Shown one piece after another: positions 20,404 through 30,482 of a stretch of DNA of 64,000 nucleotides (its first letter is position 1; the number at the start of each line of letters is the position of its first letter). The stretch comes from Oligoflexia bacterium (lineage in GTDB: Bacteria > Bdellovibrionota > UBA1018), in the NCBI GenBank assembly GCA_031292385.1, contig JARLHE010000028.1:76693-140692 (forward strand), read 5' to 3'. The translations under genes were made by a program, and so were the position numbers. The notes under the pieces are model-generated. The model was not told the DNA's origin, searched no databases, and saw only the letters and a list, made by a program, of their open reading frames with translations.

Positions 20404-20903
20404 AAGGCTTCACGCTTCTTGAAACCATCATCGCCCTCGCGATCATGACGATGGCCTTCGCGGCGATCCTGGGCACGATCTCCGGCAGCATCAACGCTTC
20501 GGCGCGCACCCATGAGATGACCGTCATCGAAATGCTGGCCAAGCGGCAGATGGTCGAAACCGAGTACAAGTTCGAGGGCAAAACTTTCGACGAGGTCAAA
20601 AAGGAGGACGGCGGAACCTTCCCCGAACCCTATTCCACTTACCGCTGGAAATCAGTCATCAAGGAAATCGAATTTCCCAATCTCGGCAATATGACCAAAA
20701 ACGCGGCCGGCGCGGCGGCGGGCGGCGACAACGCCAATTCACAAATCGCGGACATGATGTCGAAGCTCGTCTATCAGTTTCTATCCAAGGCGATACGGCA
20801 AGTGACCGTCACCATCACCTGGATGAACGGCTCCAAGGAGCAGAGCTTCGAAATCTCGACCTATTGGGTGGACCTGAACCATGAATTCCAGCTCTCTCAA
20901 TAG
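20400..20903 (+). CDS. gspI: Minor pseudopilin I
   Basis: KG|FTLLET prepilin site; operon position. Confidence 0.85.
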   Translation: MKGFTLLETIIALAIMTMAFAAILGTISGSINASARTHEMTVIEMLAKRQMVETEYKFEGKTFDEVKKEDGGTFPEPYSTYRWKSVIKEIEFPNLGNMTKNAAGAAAGGDNANSQIADMMSKLVYQFLSKAIRQVTVTITWMNGSKEQSFEISTYWVDLNHEFQLSQ

Positions 20904-21750
20904 AACAATCCCGCGCCCGACCGATGACCGGGGGTTCACCCTCCTGGAAGTCCTGATCGTCATGGCGATCCTCGTATTTATCAGCCTGGGCATCTACCAG
21001 GCCACGAGCCAGACCTTCAAGCTGCGCGACGACCTTCAGACCGAAGGCGAATTTTACAACACGATCCGGACCGTGATGGGAATCGTCGACCGCGATGTCG
21101 CCCAGATGTACTCGCCCCTGATCATGATTCAAAACGGACCGCAGCCGGCCCCGAGCGTCACGCCCCCAGTCGGCAACCTTCCGAATGCCGGCGCCTCTAC
21201 CGCCAGCAGCGGCCAGCCCACGGTCAACAGCGCGATCGGCGCCGAGCTGGAAACCGGCGGCACTTTTTGGAGTCCGGCCATCGATACTTCGGGACTGCGT
21301 CCGAGCCATTTCCTCGGAACGGACAAAAAAATCTCTTTCATCTCGGCGTCCCACGTCCGGATGTACAAGGACAAGCCGGAAAGCGAATTCGTCAAAATCA
21401 CTTATGAGTTCAAGCGGGACGAACAACCCCAACCTGACATCAACGCCGACGACTCCTCGGTACTGGCCAAAACCGAGAATGTCGACGCTTTCGATAATGA
21501 CGACTACAAAGACCGCGAAAACGCCGTCATCTACCCGCTTCTTCACGGCGTGACCAAATTCAAGTTTGACTACTACAACAAGCGCAAGGACAAGTGGGAA
21601 ACGAGCTGGGACAGCGAGAAATCGAACAACACCTATCCGGATATCATTCGGGTGGAAATCGAAGTTCACGGCCGCTCGCGACTCACTTTCCAGGGAACCT
21701 ATTACTTCAGACCGGAGATGCCCCTCAGTGGACTCAACCCCAGCACCTAA
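20881..21750 (+). CDS. gspJ: Minor pseudopilin J
   Basis: RG|FTLLEV prepilin site; C-terminal WETSWDS...PDIIRVEI. Confidence 0.85.
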   Translation: MNSSSLNRTIPRPTDDRGFTLLEVLIVMAILVFISLGIYQATSQTFKLRDDLQTEGEFYNTIRTVMGIVDRDVAQMYSPLIMIQNGPQPAPSVTPPVGNLPNAGASTASSGQPTVNSAIGAELETGGTFWSPAIDTSGLRPSHFLGTDKKISFISASHVRMYKDKPESEFVKITYEFKRDEQPQPDINADDSSVLAKTENVDAFDNDDYKDRENAVIYPLLHGVTKFKFDYYNKRKDKWETSWDSEKSNNTYPDIIRVEIEVHGRSRLTFQGTYYFRPEMPLSGLNPST

Positions 21751-23062
21751 ACAGCCTGAGCGGCGGAATCAATCCGGCATCGCACTCTTCATGGTGCTGG
21801 CGTCGATCAGCGTGCTCGCGCTTCTGGTCACGGAACTGACCTTTACCGCCCAGATGAATCGAAAGCTCGCCTATGACGGGCTGGACCGGACGAAAGCCCT
21901 GTATCTCGCCAAAAGCGGATTCAAGCTTTCGCTTCTTCGGCTCAAAGCCTATCAAATCGTCAAAGAGCAGATTAAAAATATGGCGGGCAGCAGCAGCGAC
22001 GGCAAATCGGTCGTGCCGCAATCGATGATGGATCAGATCTGGAGCTTCCCGATCATGTTTCCGATCCCGACCAATATTCCGGGACTCACCACCTCGGATA
22101 AAGATCAGATCGATAAATTTCAAAAAACCTCCGGGCTCGACGGCTCCTTCACCTCGCTCATTGAATCCGTTTCGTCCCGTTATAACCTGAACAGCATTCT
22201 CGCGGGCTACGGGCCGATGCCCACGCCGAGCGCGAGCCCCAGCGCCAATCCTTCGACCACCCCGAGCGCCACGCCCAGCATCGGGCCCTATAACGCCGAC
22301 ACCGCGCGCGAGAGTTTGTCCGACTATTTCACCGCCATCATGAACCAGAAAATCCAGGCGGACCCGGACGTCGCTTCTGATTATCGCGACTTCCGGATGG
22401 AGGACTTCATGGACACCCTGGTGGCTTGGGCCGATCCCTCCTACGAGCAGAAAAACAGCGGCCTGAGAAACATCTATCCGCCTAAGCGGGGCCCGTTCTA
22501 TTCGGTCACGGAGCTGCGCATGCTCCCGATGATGGACGACCAGCTCTATGACTTTTTCTCACCGAACCTGACCGTCGCCAGAACGTCGGGTATCGACGTC
22601 AACACGCTGCAGGAAGGCGGTCTGCGCGCGCTCGTCCCGAATATGACCGATCCGGAGGTCGCCGACTTCTTCAAATACCGGGACGACCCTGATCAGGATA
22701 ATTCCTTTCAAAGCCCGGACGATTTCTTCACCTACCTGAAAAACAGCGTGCAGGCCTACAAGAACGATACCGCGATTTCATCGTTGAAGGCGTCGCTTGC
22801 CAAACGGAACATCCAGCTCATCGTCGAAGAAAAGGAATTCAAAATCACGGTCGTGGCCACCGTCAATCAAAGCAGCCGTAAGATCGAGGCCTGGGTGACG
22901 CTCATGGGCAAATCCGGCAATCAGCCCAGCAACCCGACCGGCGGCACGAGTACCAATCCTCAGGCAACTCCCAGCACGACCCCCGTCAACACGGGCGGGG
23001 ATGAGGATCATCAGTCGGTGCCAGATCCTGGCATTCGGATCACATTCATGAGAGTTTCATAA
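21728..23062 (+). CDS. gspK: Minor pseudopilin K
   Basis: SG|IALFMV lacking Glu5; RYNLN, PFYSVTELRML, IDVNT; probable GTG start at 21728. Confidence 0.87.
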   Translation: MDSTPAPKQPERRNQSGIALFMVLASISVLALLVTELTFTAQMNRKLAYDGLDRTKALYLAKSGFKLSLLRLKAYQIVKEQIKNMAGSSSDGKSVVPQSMMDQIWSFPIMFPIPTNIPGLTTSDKDQIDKFQKTSGLDGSFTSLIESVSSRYNLNSILAGYGPMPTPSASPSANPSTTPSATPSIGPYNADTARESLSDYFTAIMNQKIQADPDVASDYRDFRMEDFMDTLVAWADPSYEQKNSGLRNIYPPKRGPFYSVTELRMLPMMDDQLYDFFSPNLTVARTSGIDVNTLQEGGLRALVPNMTDPEVADFFKYRDDPDQDNSFQSPDDFFTYLKNSVQAYKNDTAISSLKASLAKRNIQLIVEEKEFKITVVATVNQSSRKIEAWVTLMGKSGNQPSNPTGGTSTNPQATPSTTPVNTGGDEDHQSVPDPGIRITFMRVS

Positions 23063-23063
23063 T

Positions 23064-24701
23064 ATGAGAATCCTGGGAATCGACGTCGGAACCGCCAGTA
23101 TCAAAGCCGTGGAATTCGACAGCGCCTTTGGCCGCTACGAGATCCATGACTATTACGAACAGCCGGTCGCGCCGGATGCGGATCTGATCATGGCACTGAG
23201 CCATCTGATGGCGACCCTGCCCAAGCAGCCGGATCGCGTGGCGATCGCGCTCAAAACCGGGCAGGTCACCTTCCGTAACATGAAGCTTCCCACGCGGGAT
23301 AGAAAGTCCATCCAAGCCGGCGTGGGTTTCGAGCTGGATGACGATCTGCCCTTCGCGCTCGAGAACGCGGCCTACGATTATTCGATTCTTTCCCAATCCA
23401 AACAGGGCACCGAGCTCCACGTCGCGGCCACGCTCCGCAGCCATCTCGAGGGAACGATCAACGCCTGGAAAACCGCCGGCATCGACCCCGACCTCATCAC
23501 CACCGAATCCTGGGCCTACCGCACGCTCATGAACCGCGTTTTAAGCCGCGCGCAGCAGGAAAACCCCGTCATTCTGGTGCATATCGGCCACGAGCACACG
23601 ATCATGTACGTTCACTGGAACGGAACGCCGATCATCGCCCGCGAGATCGGCTGGGGCGGGCGCGACATGACGGAAGCCATCGCGAAGAAATACAACCTCG
23701 CGATGGTGGACGCCGAACGAGCCAAAATCGACCATGGGTTCGTCGTTTCACAGGGCCAGCAGAACAACATCACGACGGAACAGGCGGAGTTTTCGGAAAG
23801 CCTCCTTGCGATGCTTCAAACCCTGATCGTCGAGCTGCGACAAGTCGAGCTCACCTGCAAAAGCATCACCCACCTCAACGTGAGCGAAATCTATCTGGCC
23901 GGGGGCTCGGCGCTGCTTCCAGGCCTTCCCAAAGTGTTGGAAGAAAGCATCGGCGCGCCAGTGCGCCCGCTCCAGGCGCTCAGCTCGATCGCGACCTCCG
24001 GAGTCACCTACTCCGAGCAAACCGATGCGTCATTCGTGCTCGCCGCCGCCCTGGGCCTTTGCATGGTCGGCCCCGAGCGCTCGCAGGCGCTGAACTTCCG
24101 AAAAGGCCTGTTCGGCAAGCTCGGCGTGCAACGCGAGTTCAACCTCGAAACGCTCCGCCGTCCGCTGCTGTACGTCGGCGCCATCGCCGGCTGCCTGACC
24201 TTAAGCCTTGCCGTGCAGTCCGCGACCTACCAATCGAAGCTGAAGGACCTGGACTCCCAGCTCGAGCACAACATGAAGACCTTCTTCGGCTCCATTTCCA
24301 ACAGCGCGGTTCACAGCTATCTGTCGAACCCCTCCGGCCTTCGCAAGGCGATGGATCGCCAATTGAACCAACAGCGCGACACCGCCAAGCTCGCCGCCCT
24401 CAACCCTCATTCGCCGCTCGACTATCTGCAAACGCTTTCGGCCACCGTTCCTTCCACCCTTGTGACGGATCTCATGGAATATCATGTAGGATCGGCCCCG
24501 GGCCCTTACAAGCCCGACAGCGATTCCAGCGCCGCGCTCACATTCGTCGTCTCATCGCCACAGGCGGCCGAGCAACTGACCTCGACGCTCACCGGTCGCC
24601 TCGGGCTGAAACGGGATAAAATGGAAGAAATGGGGGCCGGCGCGAATAAACAATGGAAACTGACTTTCACCGGCAAAGCGGTCTTCGAGGCGGGGCACTG
24701 A
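23064..24701 (+). CDS. gspL: GspL equivalent: PilM-like actin-fold domain, TM and PilN-like periplasmic domain
   Basis: ILGIDVGTASIKAVE, GWGGRDMTEAI, IYLAGGSALL, then a TM; lies between gspK and gspM. Confidence 0.82.
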   Translation: MRILGIDVGTASIKAVEFDSAFGRYEIHDYYEQPVAPDADLIMALSHLMATLPKQPDRVAIALKTGQVTFRNMKLPTRDRKSIQAGVGFELDDDLPFALENAAYDYSILSQSKQGTELHVAATLRSHLEGTINAWKTAGIDPDLITTESWAYRTLMNRVLSRAQQENPVILVHIGHEHTIMYVHWNGTPIIAREIGWGGRDMTEAIAKKYNLAMVDAERAKIDHGFVVSQGQQNNITTEQAEFSESLLAMLQTLIVELRQVELTCKSITHLNVSEIYLAGGSALLPGLPKVLEESIGAPVRPLQALSSIATSGVTYSEQTDASFVLAAALGLCMVGPERSQALNFRKGLFGKLGVQREFNLETLRRPLLYVGAIAGCLTLSLAVQSATYQSKLKDLDSQLEHNMKTFFGSISNSAVHSYLSNPSGLRKAMDRQLNQQRDTAKLAALNPHSPLDYLQTLSATVPSTLVTDLMEYHVGSAPGPYKPDSDSSAALTFVVSSPQAAEQLTSTLTGRLGLKRDKMEEMGAGANKQWKLTFTGKAVFEAGH

Positions 24702-24702
24702 T

Positions 24703-25299
24703 ATGGAAATGCCAGACATCAACCAATGGCTGGGCGAGCAGGAGTGGTATCAGCAGATCAAAGCCAAATGGGACGAGCAAGACCAGGAAAGCAAGTCCTA
24801 CCTGCAAATCGCCGCCGTCGGCCTCGTCACCGCTTTCGTTTTGTATCTGGTCTTGAGCTTCATTTGGGGCGTGCACACGCTGAAGCGCGAGGTGGACGAT
24901 AAATCCCAGCTTCTGCTCCAGCTTCAATCCGCCAACGAGGACCTGCAAAAGCTTCGCAGCGCGAACTCCTCGCTCTCGGCGATCGCGAATCCGGACAACG
25001 GGCCCTGGCCCCCCTACTTCGAAGGCTATGCCGGGCAAATCGGCATCTCCCACGAGAACCTGAGCGTCTCCGAGTCCAAAGCCGGCACGACCAATGACCT
25101 TTCGAAAGAGGCGCTCTACGATGTCACGGTGAAAAAAGTGAACGTGCATCAGCTCGTCAGATTCGCTTACGCCCTTGAAACGGGCTCGCGCCCGGTCAAA
25201 TTGCGCAATCTCACGATCAACACTCAGCCGGATCTGAGCGGATACCTGGATGCCACTTTGTCGGTTTCCGCGTTCACGCTCCTCAACACCACCAAGTAA
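24703..25299 (+). CDS. gspM: Type II secretion protein M
   Basis: TM, coiled coil and ferredoxin-like C-terminus (LVRFAYALE...VKLRNLTI); operon position. Confidence 0.78.
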   Translation: MEMPDINQWLGEQEWYQQIKAKWDEQDQESKSYLQIAAVGLVTAFVLYLVLSFIWGVHTLKREVDDKSQLLLQLQSANEDLQKLRSANSSLSAIANPDNGPWPPYFEGYAGQIGISHENLSVSESKAGTTNDLSKEALYDVTVKKVNVHQLVRFAYALETGSRPVKLRNLTINTQPDLSGYLDATLSVSAFTLLNTTK

Positions 25300-25313
25300 A
25301 ATGGAAGCCCGTC

Positions 25314-26318
25314 ATGCCCAATTCCGAATTTGACTCCCCGCTCATCGCTCCCGTCGGTGCCGATACGCCATCTCCGGCCGAGACCTCTTCGGAAGAAACC
25401 GGAAAAATCTCGAAAATCATCAAGAATTCGGCCTGGGTCGGATTCGGAATCATCTGCCTGATTCTCTTCACACTCCTGAAACTTCCCGAGGACAAGATCC
25501 GCGGCTATATCCAAGGCTCGATCAATCAGGCCTTGGCCAATCAAGGCATCAGCCTTTCCGCCGCGGAAAGCTCGGTTTCGATCGGGCTCGGCATCGGCTA
25601 CACGATGAAACAAGTCGTGATCAACTTCCCTCCCCCTAAAGATCCGGTGAAAGTCGATCAGATCACCGTTTCGCCCTCGATCCTGTCGCTTCTGACCGGA
25701 AAATTAGGCGGCAGCGCGCACTTGCTCAACAAAGGCAGCGAGCTCATCGCGCATTTTTCCTTCCCGATCCAGCCGAAGCCCGGCTCGCAGCCGATCAACT
25801 TGACGGCCGACGCGCATCAGCTGGATCTGGGCGCGCTCGGGGTTTTCCCCATGGCGGCGGGAGTGCAAGGCTCGGCCATCGTCAATGGTAACCTCGCGCT
25901 CGAAGGCGACCTGAGCAATCCCTCCGGCTTAAGCGGGCATTCCCAGCTTCAACTGTCCAAAATCGTGGTCGACGCTCAATCGGTCATGGGTTTTTCGCTC
26001 CCCCGCCTTGCCGTGGCGGACGGAAAAGCGGATGTGACGATCGATAACGGAAAGCTCAATATCCGCACCCTGCAGCTCGGGAAAGCGTCCAATCCGAACG
26101 ACGATGTCCACGCGGATTTCACGGGAAGCGCGACGCTGGGACGACTCTGGCCGCTGACCACGCTGAACATGAAAGTGGATTTCGGACTTTCCCAAAATGT
26201 CCTCAAGGCGCTTCCGCTCATCGACGCGCTTCTGGGCGCCGGCAAGAAACCGGATGGAAGCTATTCCTACAGCTTGAACGGCCCTATCGGATCGTTGATG
26301 CCCGTACCGAACAAATGA
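25314..26318 (+). CDS. gspN: Type II secretion protein N
   Basis: N-terminal TM ending ...LKLPED followed by a beta-rich periplasmic region; last gsp gene. Confidence 0.78.
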   Translation: MPNSEFDSPLIAPVGADTPSPAETSSEETGKISKIIKNSAWVGFGIICLILFTLLKLPEDKIRGYIQGSINQALANQGISLSAAESSVSIGLGIGYTMKQVVINFPPPKDPVKVDQITVSPSILSLLTGKLGGSAHLLNKGSELIAHFSFPIQPKPGSQPINLTADAHQLDLGALGVFPMAAGVQGSAIVNGNLALEGDLSNPSGLSGHSQLQLSKIVVDAQSVMGFSLPRLAVADGKADVTIDNGKLNIRTLQLGKASNPNDDVHADFTGSATLGRLWPLTTLNMKVDFGLSQNVLKALPLIDALLGAGKKPDGSYSYSLNGPIGSLMPVPNK

Positions 26319-27280
26319 AGCGAACGAAATTTCTCTGGATCACCGATCCCTGGCACACGCTCGATCACGAGCACGACACCACCCTGCGCCTGGCGCAAGA
26401 AGCCCTGGCCATGGGACATGAGTCCTGGTGGTGCGACGTCAAATCCATCCGTCTTCAGAGCGGGCGCGCCTTGCTCGAGGCAAGCCAGATTCTGTCGATC
26501 GGAAACGACCGAAGCGCGTCGTCCATTTCGCTGGGAAAGCCCCGGACCTGCTCGCCTTCCCGGTTTCACTCGCTCCAATACCGGGTCGACCCTCCGGTCG
26601 ATCTGGCTTACCTGCAGCCGCTCCAGATTCTGCGCGTCGGCGGCGTGGACACGGTCAATCCGATGGCAAGCCTGTTTCTCGCCAACGAAAAACTGGAAGG
26701 CATGCTGATTCCGCGCCGATCGCCGCCCTCACTCGTCGCCGCCCAATGGGAGCCCCTTTCGCAATTCGGCCGGCGCGAGAAAAAGACCGTCATGAAGCCG
26801 CTCCATCTCGCGCAAAGCCGGGGCATTGAGCTTTTGGATTGGACCTCGTCGCGCAACATCGAGAAAGCGCGCAAACTGATCACGGCCGCGACCGAGAATT
26901 TCCAGCGCCCCGTGCTTTTGCAGCGCTTTCTGCCGGCGATCGCGCACGGAGAAACGCGCCTCTGGCTTCTCGACGGCAAATTGCTCGCGACCGCGCGCAA
27001 GCTCCCGCTCCAGCACGACTTCCGCGTCAACATCGACCGGGGAAGCAAGCTTGTCGCCCATGCGCCAAGCGCAGCCGAGAAACGTACCGCGGCCGCCATC
27101 GGAGCGCGATTGCGAGCGCTGGGCGTGCGCATGGCGGCGGTGGATCTGATCGACGGCTATATCACCGATTTCAATATCACCAGCCCCGGCCTGATCACTC
27201 AGATGGAGCAGGTCACGGGACGCAATCTCGCGCGCGCGATCATCGCCGCGCTGAGCCGCCGATCATCAATATCGGAATAG
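26315..27280 (+). CDS. gshB: Glutathione synthetase-like ATP-grasp ligase (divergent)
   Basis: DP...DTTLRL, RVDPP, NEKL, KPL, QRFLP, DFRVN, NITSP motifs; several residues deviate from consensus. Confidence 0.7.
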   Translation: MKRTKFLWITDPWHTLDHEHDTTLRLAQEALAMGHESWWCDVKSIRLQSGRALLEASQILSIGNDRSASSISLGKPRTCSPSRFHSLQYRVDPPVDLAYLQPLQILRVGGVDTVNPMASLFLANEKLEGMLIPRRSPPSLVAAQWEPLSQFGRREKKTVMKPLHLAQSRGIELLDWTSSRNIEKARKLITAATENFQRPVLLQRFLPAIAHGETRLWLLDGKLLATARKLPLQHDFRVNIDRGSKLVAHAPSAAEKRTAAAIGARLRALGVRMAAVDLIDGYITDFNITSPGLITQMEQVTGRNLARAIIAALSRRSSISE

Positions 27281-27679
27281 CTCACCGATCGGGCGAGTCG
27301 CCAGCCTTTGGAGCGCTTCGCGAACCGCGGAAGAAACACCCGGCTGCGGCGCGGCTTCCGGCTCGGTGGCGATCTCTTTTTTGAAGGAGGAGAGCTCGCC
27401 TTCTTTGCGCAGCTCGCGGATCCGGCGACGCGCGCCTTCGATCGAATAACGCTCGTCGTGAAGCAGGCGCTTTACCATCAGCAGCGTTTCCACGTCGCTG
27501 CGGCGATAAACGCGTTGTCCTGAACCTGATTTGCCGGGGGCGACGATCGAAAACTCACCTTCCCAGTAACGAAGCACGTGCGGCTTCACTCCGAGAATTT
27601 GGGCGACGTCGCCGATCCGGAAAAACAGACGATCCGGGATCTGGATTTTATTCGTCGGAGTCGTCGTCTTCGTCGTCAT
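27266..27679 (-). CDS. MerR family HTH regulator (ihfA-linked)
   Basis: IPDRLFFRIGDVA...PHVLRYWE...GQRVY...YSIEGA. Confidence 0.9.
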   Translation of the reverse strand: MTTKTTTPTNKIQIPDRLFFRIGDVAQILGVKPHVLRYWEGEFSIVAPGKSGSGQRVYRRSDVETLLMVKRLLHDERYSIEGARRRIRELRKEGELSSFKKEIATEPEAAPQPGVSSAVREALQRLATRPIGELFRY

Positions 27680-28001
27680 GCTTGTGCATACCCTGAGGAT
27701 CCATGGGCTTGCCTTCGAGCGCCGCGTTCACTTCGGAACGCAGGACTTGCGAAGGCCGGAACGTCAGCACTCTCCGTGCGCTGATCTCGATGCTCTGCCC
27801 GGTCTGCGGATTACGCCCGATGCGAGAACGCTTTTCGCGCACGACGAAATTGCCGAATCCGGAAATCTTGATCTTTTGTCCCTGAGAAAGCGTGGACTTG
27901 ATCGTATCGAAAACCATTTCAACCAGATCAGCCGCTTCTTTCTTCGAAAAACCGACTTTCTGGTACAACGCTTCTACAATATCCGCTTTGGTCATTGCCA
28001 T
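27648..28001 (-). CDS. ihfA: Integration host factor alpha
   Basis: MTKADIVE, KISGFGNF, GRNPQTG, ARRVLTFRPSQ; follows pheT. Confidence 0.93.
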   Translation of the reverse strand: MAMTKADIVEALYQKVGFSKKEAADLVEMVFDTIKSTLSQGQKIKISGFGNFVVREKRSRIGRNPQTGQSIEISARRVLTFRPSQVLRSEVNAALEGKPMDPQGMHKHDDEDDDSDE

Positions 28002-28004
28002 AAA

Positions 28005-30470
28005 TTAGCCTCTCAGCTCAGCGCCCAGCTCTTTTTTCCATGCCGCAAGAATCTGATTCGAAGCCGCTTCCGCTTCCGATTCCTGTAAACTCCGGCTTTC
28101 TTCATAAAAGATAACTCGTACTGCCACGCTTGTCATCCCCTCGGCGACCTGGGATCCCCGATAAATATCGAAAATTTTTGCGGCCTTAGCCAAGGGGCGT
28201 CCTGCTTTCAACGCAACCTGAGTAATTTTATCAACCGGAAGGTCCGAGCGAACCACCAAAGCGAAGTCGCGCTCCATAGGCGGAAACGACGGAATCGGCT
28301 TGAATTCGGCCTGTTTTACCGGCGAACGCGATTGTTTGGCCAAAAGCGACCAATCGATTTCTCCAATCCAAAGAGGCGCCCGGGTTTTCAACGCACGCGC
28401 CTTGCCGGGATGAAAAAGCCCGAACGCGCCCGCCACTTCATTGCCCGCCAAAATTTCGACGCTTTGACCGGGATGAAAAAGCGGATGAGGCCCCTTGCGC
28501 GACTCCGACATCGGCAAAAGCCGCACTCCGCGCGCACCGAGAGCCTGGAACAAGGATTCGGCGATCGCCTTGATGTCGTAAAAATCCACCTCCGCCTGCT
28601 CCACTTGCAATGCCTGGGCGTAGCGAGGCCCTGAAACCACGAATGAGAGCTTCCAGGCCTCCTTCACGCCGGTTTCCATTTCACCCTGCGCCTGAATCGG
28701 GCCCGACGCGCTGAACGTCGGCCGCAGCTCGAAAAGCCGGATCGCAAGCGACTCCGAGCCAAAATGATGGGACCACTGATCGATCGCGTTTTTGACCAGG
28801 CCCGGAAGAAGCGACGGCACCAGTGCCTCCAGCTCCTCGCTCAAAGGGTTCACGAGCACCGCCGACGAAGCGAGATCGAAAGCCTTGAGCTCGGCCCGGC
28901 TGGTGAACGAAAAATTGATCGTCTCGCTCAAGCCCGCCGCCACCAACGCGTCTTTGGCCTGATTCATGAGCACGTAACCCGCGCTCGAGTCTTCCCACGA
29001 CGAGCGCGGCGCGGAGCTCAAAACCGGGATCGTTTCCTCGATCTGGTCGTAGCCCAGGGTACGGGCGATCTCCTCGGCGAGATCCTGCGGCAAACTCAGG
29101 TCCTTGCGCCAGGAAGGAACGCGAACGTTCCAGTCCTCGGCGCCCTTCACCACTTCGCAAGAAAGATCGGTCAGGATTTTCAACGCCTGCTCGGGCGCGC
29201 ACTTCATCCCCAGAAAACGCGGAAAATAATCGGGCGCGACGCGGATCTCGCGCGACGCCAGCTGAGCCCGCGAAGGCAAACGGGCCGACGCTACTCCCGC
29301 GACCTTACCGCCCGCGAGCTCGAGCACCAAAGAACTGAGACGCGCGATCGCGTGCGTGAGCCCCGCCGGATCCACTCCCCGCTCGAACCGATGGGAAGCT
29401 TCGGTCCGCTTTTGATGGCGAGAGGAAGCGCGCCTCACCAAGATCGGATCAAATTCGGCGCACTCCAAAAAGACGCGCCGGGTGGAGTCACGGACTTCCG
29501 AATTTCCGCCACCCATGACGCCCGCCAGGCCCACGGCCCGCTTGGCATCCGCGATCACGAGCTCGTTACCGGCGAGCTTGATGCTCGTTCCGTCCAGGAG
29601 CGGAAGCTCTTCGCCTTCCTTCGCGGTTCTCACCCGAATCTCTTTGCCTTCGATCAAATCCGCATCGTAAGCGTGCACGGGCTGGCCGAGCTCCCACATC
29701 ACGAGATTGGTCGCGTCGACGAGGTTATTGATCGAACGGCTTCCCATCTTCTCGAGCTTTTTCACCAGCCACGCAGGCGACGGGCCGACTTTCACGCCAT
29801 CGATCAGGCAACCGTAAAATTGCGGACCCGCTTCACCGGCATCGAGATGGATCGAGATCGGGCTCACGGTAGCCTGGGGCAAGGCGGCGGCATCGGGTCT
29901 TTTCGCCTTCACGCCGAGCGCTGCGGCCACTTCGCGCGCCATGCCGAAGTGACTCAGGCAATCGCCTCGATTAGCGGTCAGCTTGAAAGCCAAAATCGTA
30001 TCGTCCAAGCCCAGGATTTTAGCGAGAGGCTCTCCGAGCGGGGTCGTCTCCGGCAGAATCAAAATCCCTTCCGATTCCTTCTTCAAGCCAAGCTCGGTCT
30101 CCGAGCAGAGCATGCCGTTCGAAACCACGCCGCGAATCTTGCTTTTCTCGATCTTCAAGCCATTCGGCAAACGCGCGCCGATCTGGGCAAGCGCCACGAT
30201 ATCCCCGGCCTTCATGTTCTGCGCGCCGCAGACGATCTCGAGCGGCTCGCCGCTTCCCAGGGAAACTTTGCAAAGGCTCAGGCGATCCGCCTCGGGGTGC
30301 TTGTTTCGCTCCAGGATTTTCACGGTGACCACTCGCTCAAAGCCCTGCGCCTGAGGCAGGATCTCTTCCACCTCGAGTCCTCGCCGAGTCAGGAGCGCCG
30401 CCAGGGCATCAGGGCCCGAAAGCGCGCTCAGATCCACCATTTCGGAAAGCCAATTCCAGGAAATTTTCAT
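28005..30470 (-). CDS. pheT: Phenylalanine--tRNA ligase beta subunit
   Basis: HPEADRL, IVCGAQN, NRGDCLS, RFERG, DLAEEIAR, C-terminal anticodon-binding domain. Confidence 0.98.
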   Translation of the reverse strand: MKISWNWLSEMVDLSALSGPDALAALLTRRGLEVEEILPQAQGFERVVTVKILERNKHPEADRLSLCKVSLGSGEPLEIVCGAQNMKAGDIVALAQIGARLPNGLKIEKSKIRGVVSNGMLCSETELGLKKESEGILILPETTPLGEPLAKILGLDDTILAFKLTANRGDCLSHFGMAREVAAALGVKAKRPDAAALPQATVSPISIHLDAGEAGPQFYGCLIDGVKVGPSPAWLVKKLEKMGSRSINNLVDATNLVMWELGQPVHAYDADLIEGKEIRVRTAKEGEELPLLDGTSIKLAGNELVIADAKRAVGLAGVMGGGNSEVRDSTRRVFLECAEFDPILVRRASSRHQKRTEASHRFERGVDPAGLTHAIARLSSLVLELAGGKVAGVASARLPSRAQLASREIRVAPDYFPRFLGMKCAPEQALKILTDLSCEVVKGAEDWNVRVPSWRKDLSLPQDLAEEIARTLGYDQIEETIPVLSSAPRSSWEDSSAGYVLMNQAKDALVAAGLSETINFSFTSRAELKAFDLASSAVLVNPLSEELEALVPSLLPGLVKNAIDQWSHHFGSESLAIRLFELRPTFSASGPIQAQGEMETGVKEAWKLSFVVSGPRYAQALQVEQAEVDFYDIKAIAESLFQALGARGVRLLPMSESRKGPHPLFHPGQSVEILAGNEVAGAFGLFHPGKARALKTRAPLWIGEIDWSLLAKQSRSPVKQAEFKPIPSFPPMERDFALVVRSDLPVDKITQVALKAGRPLAKAAKIFDIYRGSQVAEGMTSVAVRVIFYEESRSLQESEAEAASNQILAAWKKELGAELRG

Positions 30471-30482
30471 CGTTCGCTCTTT

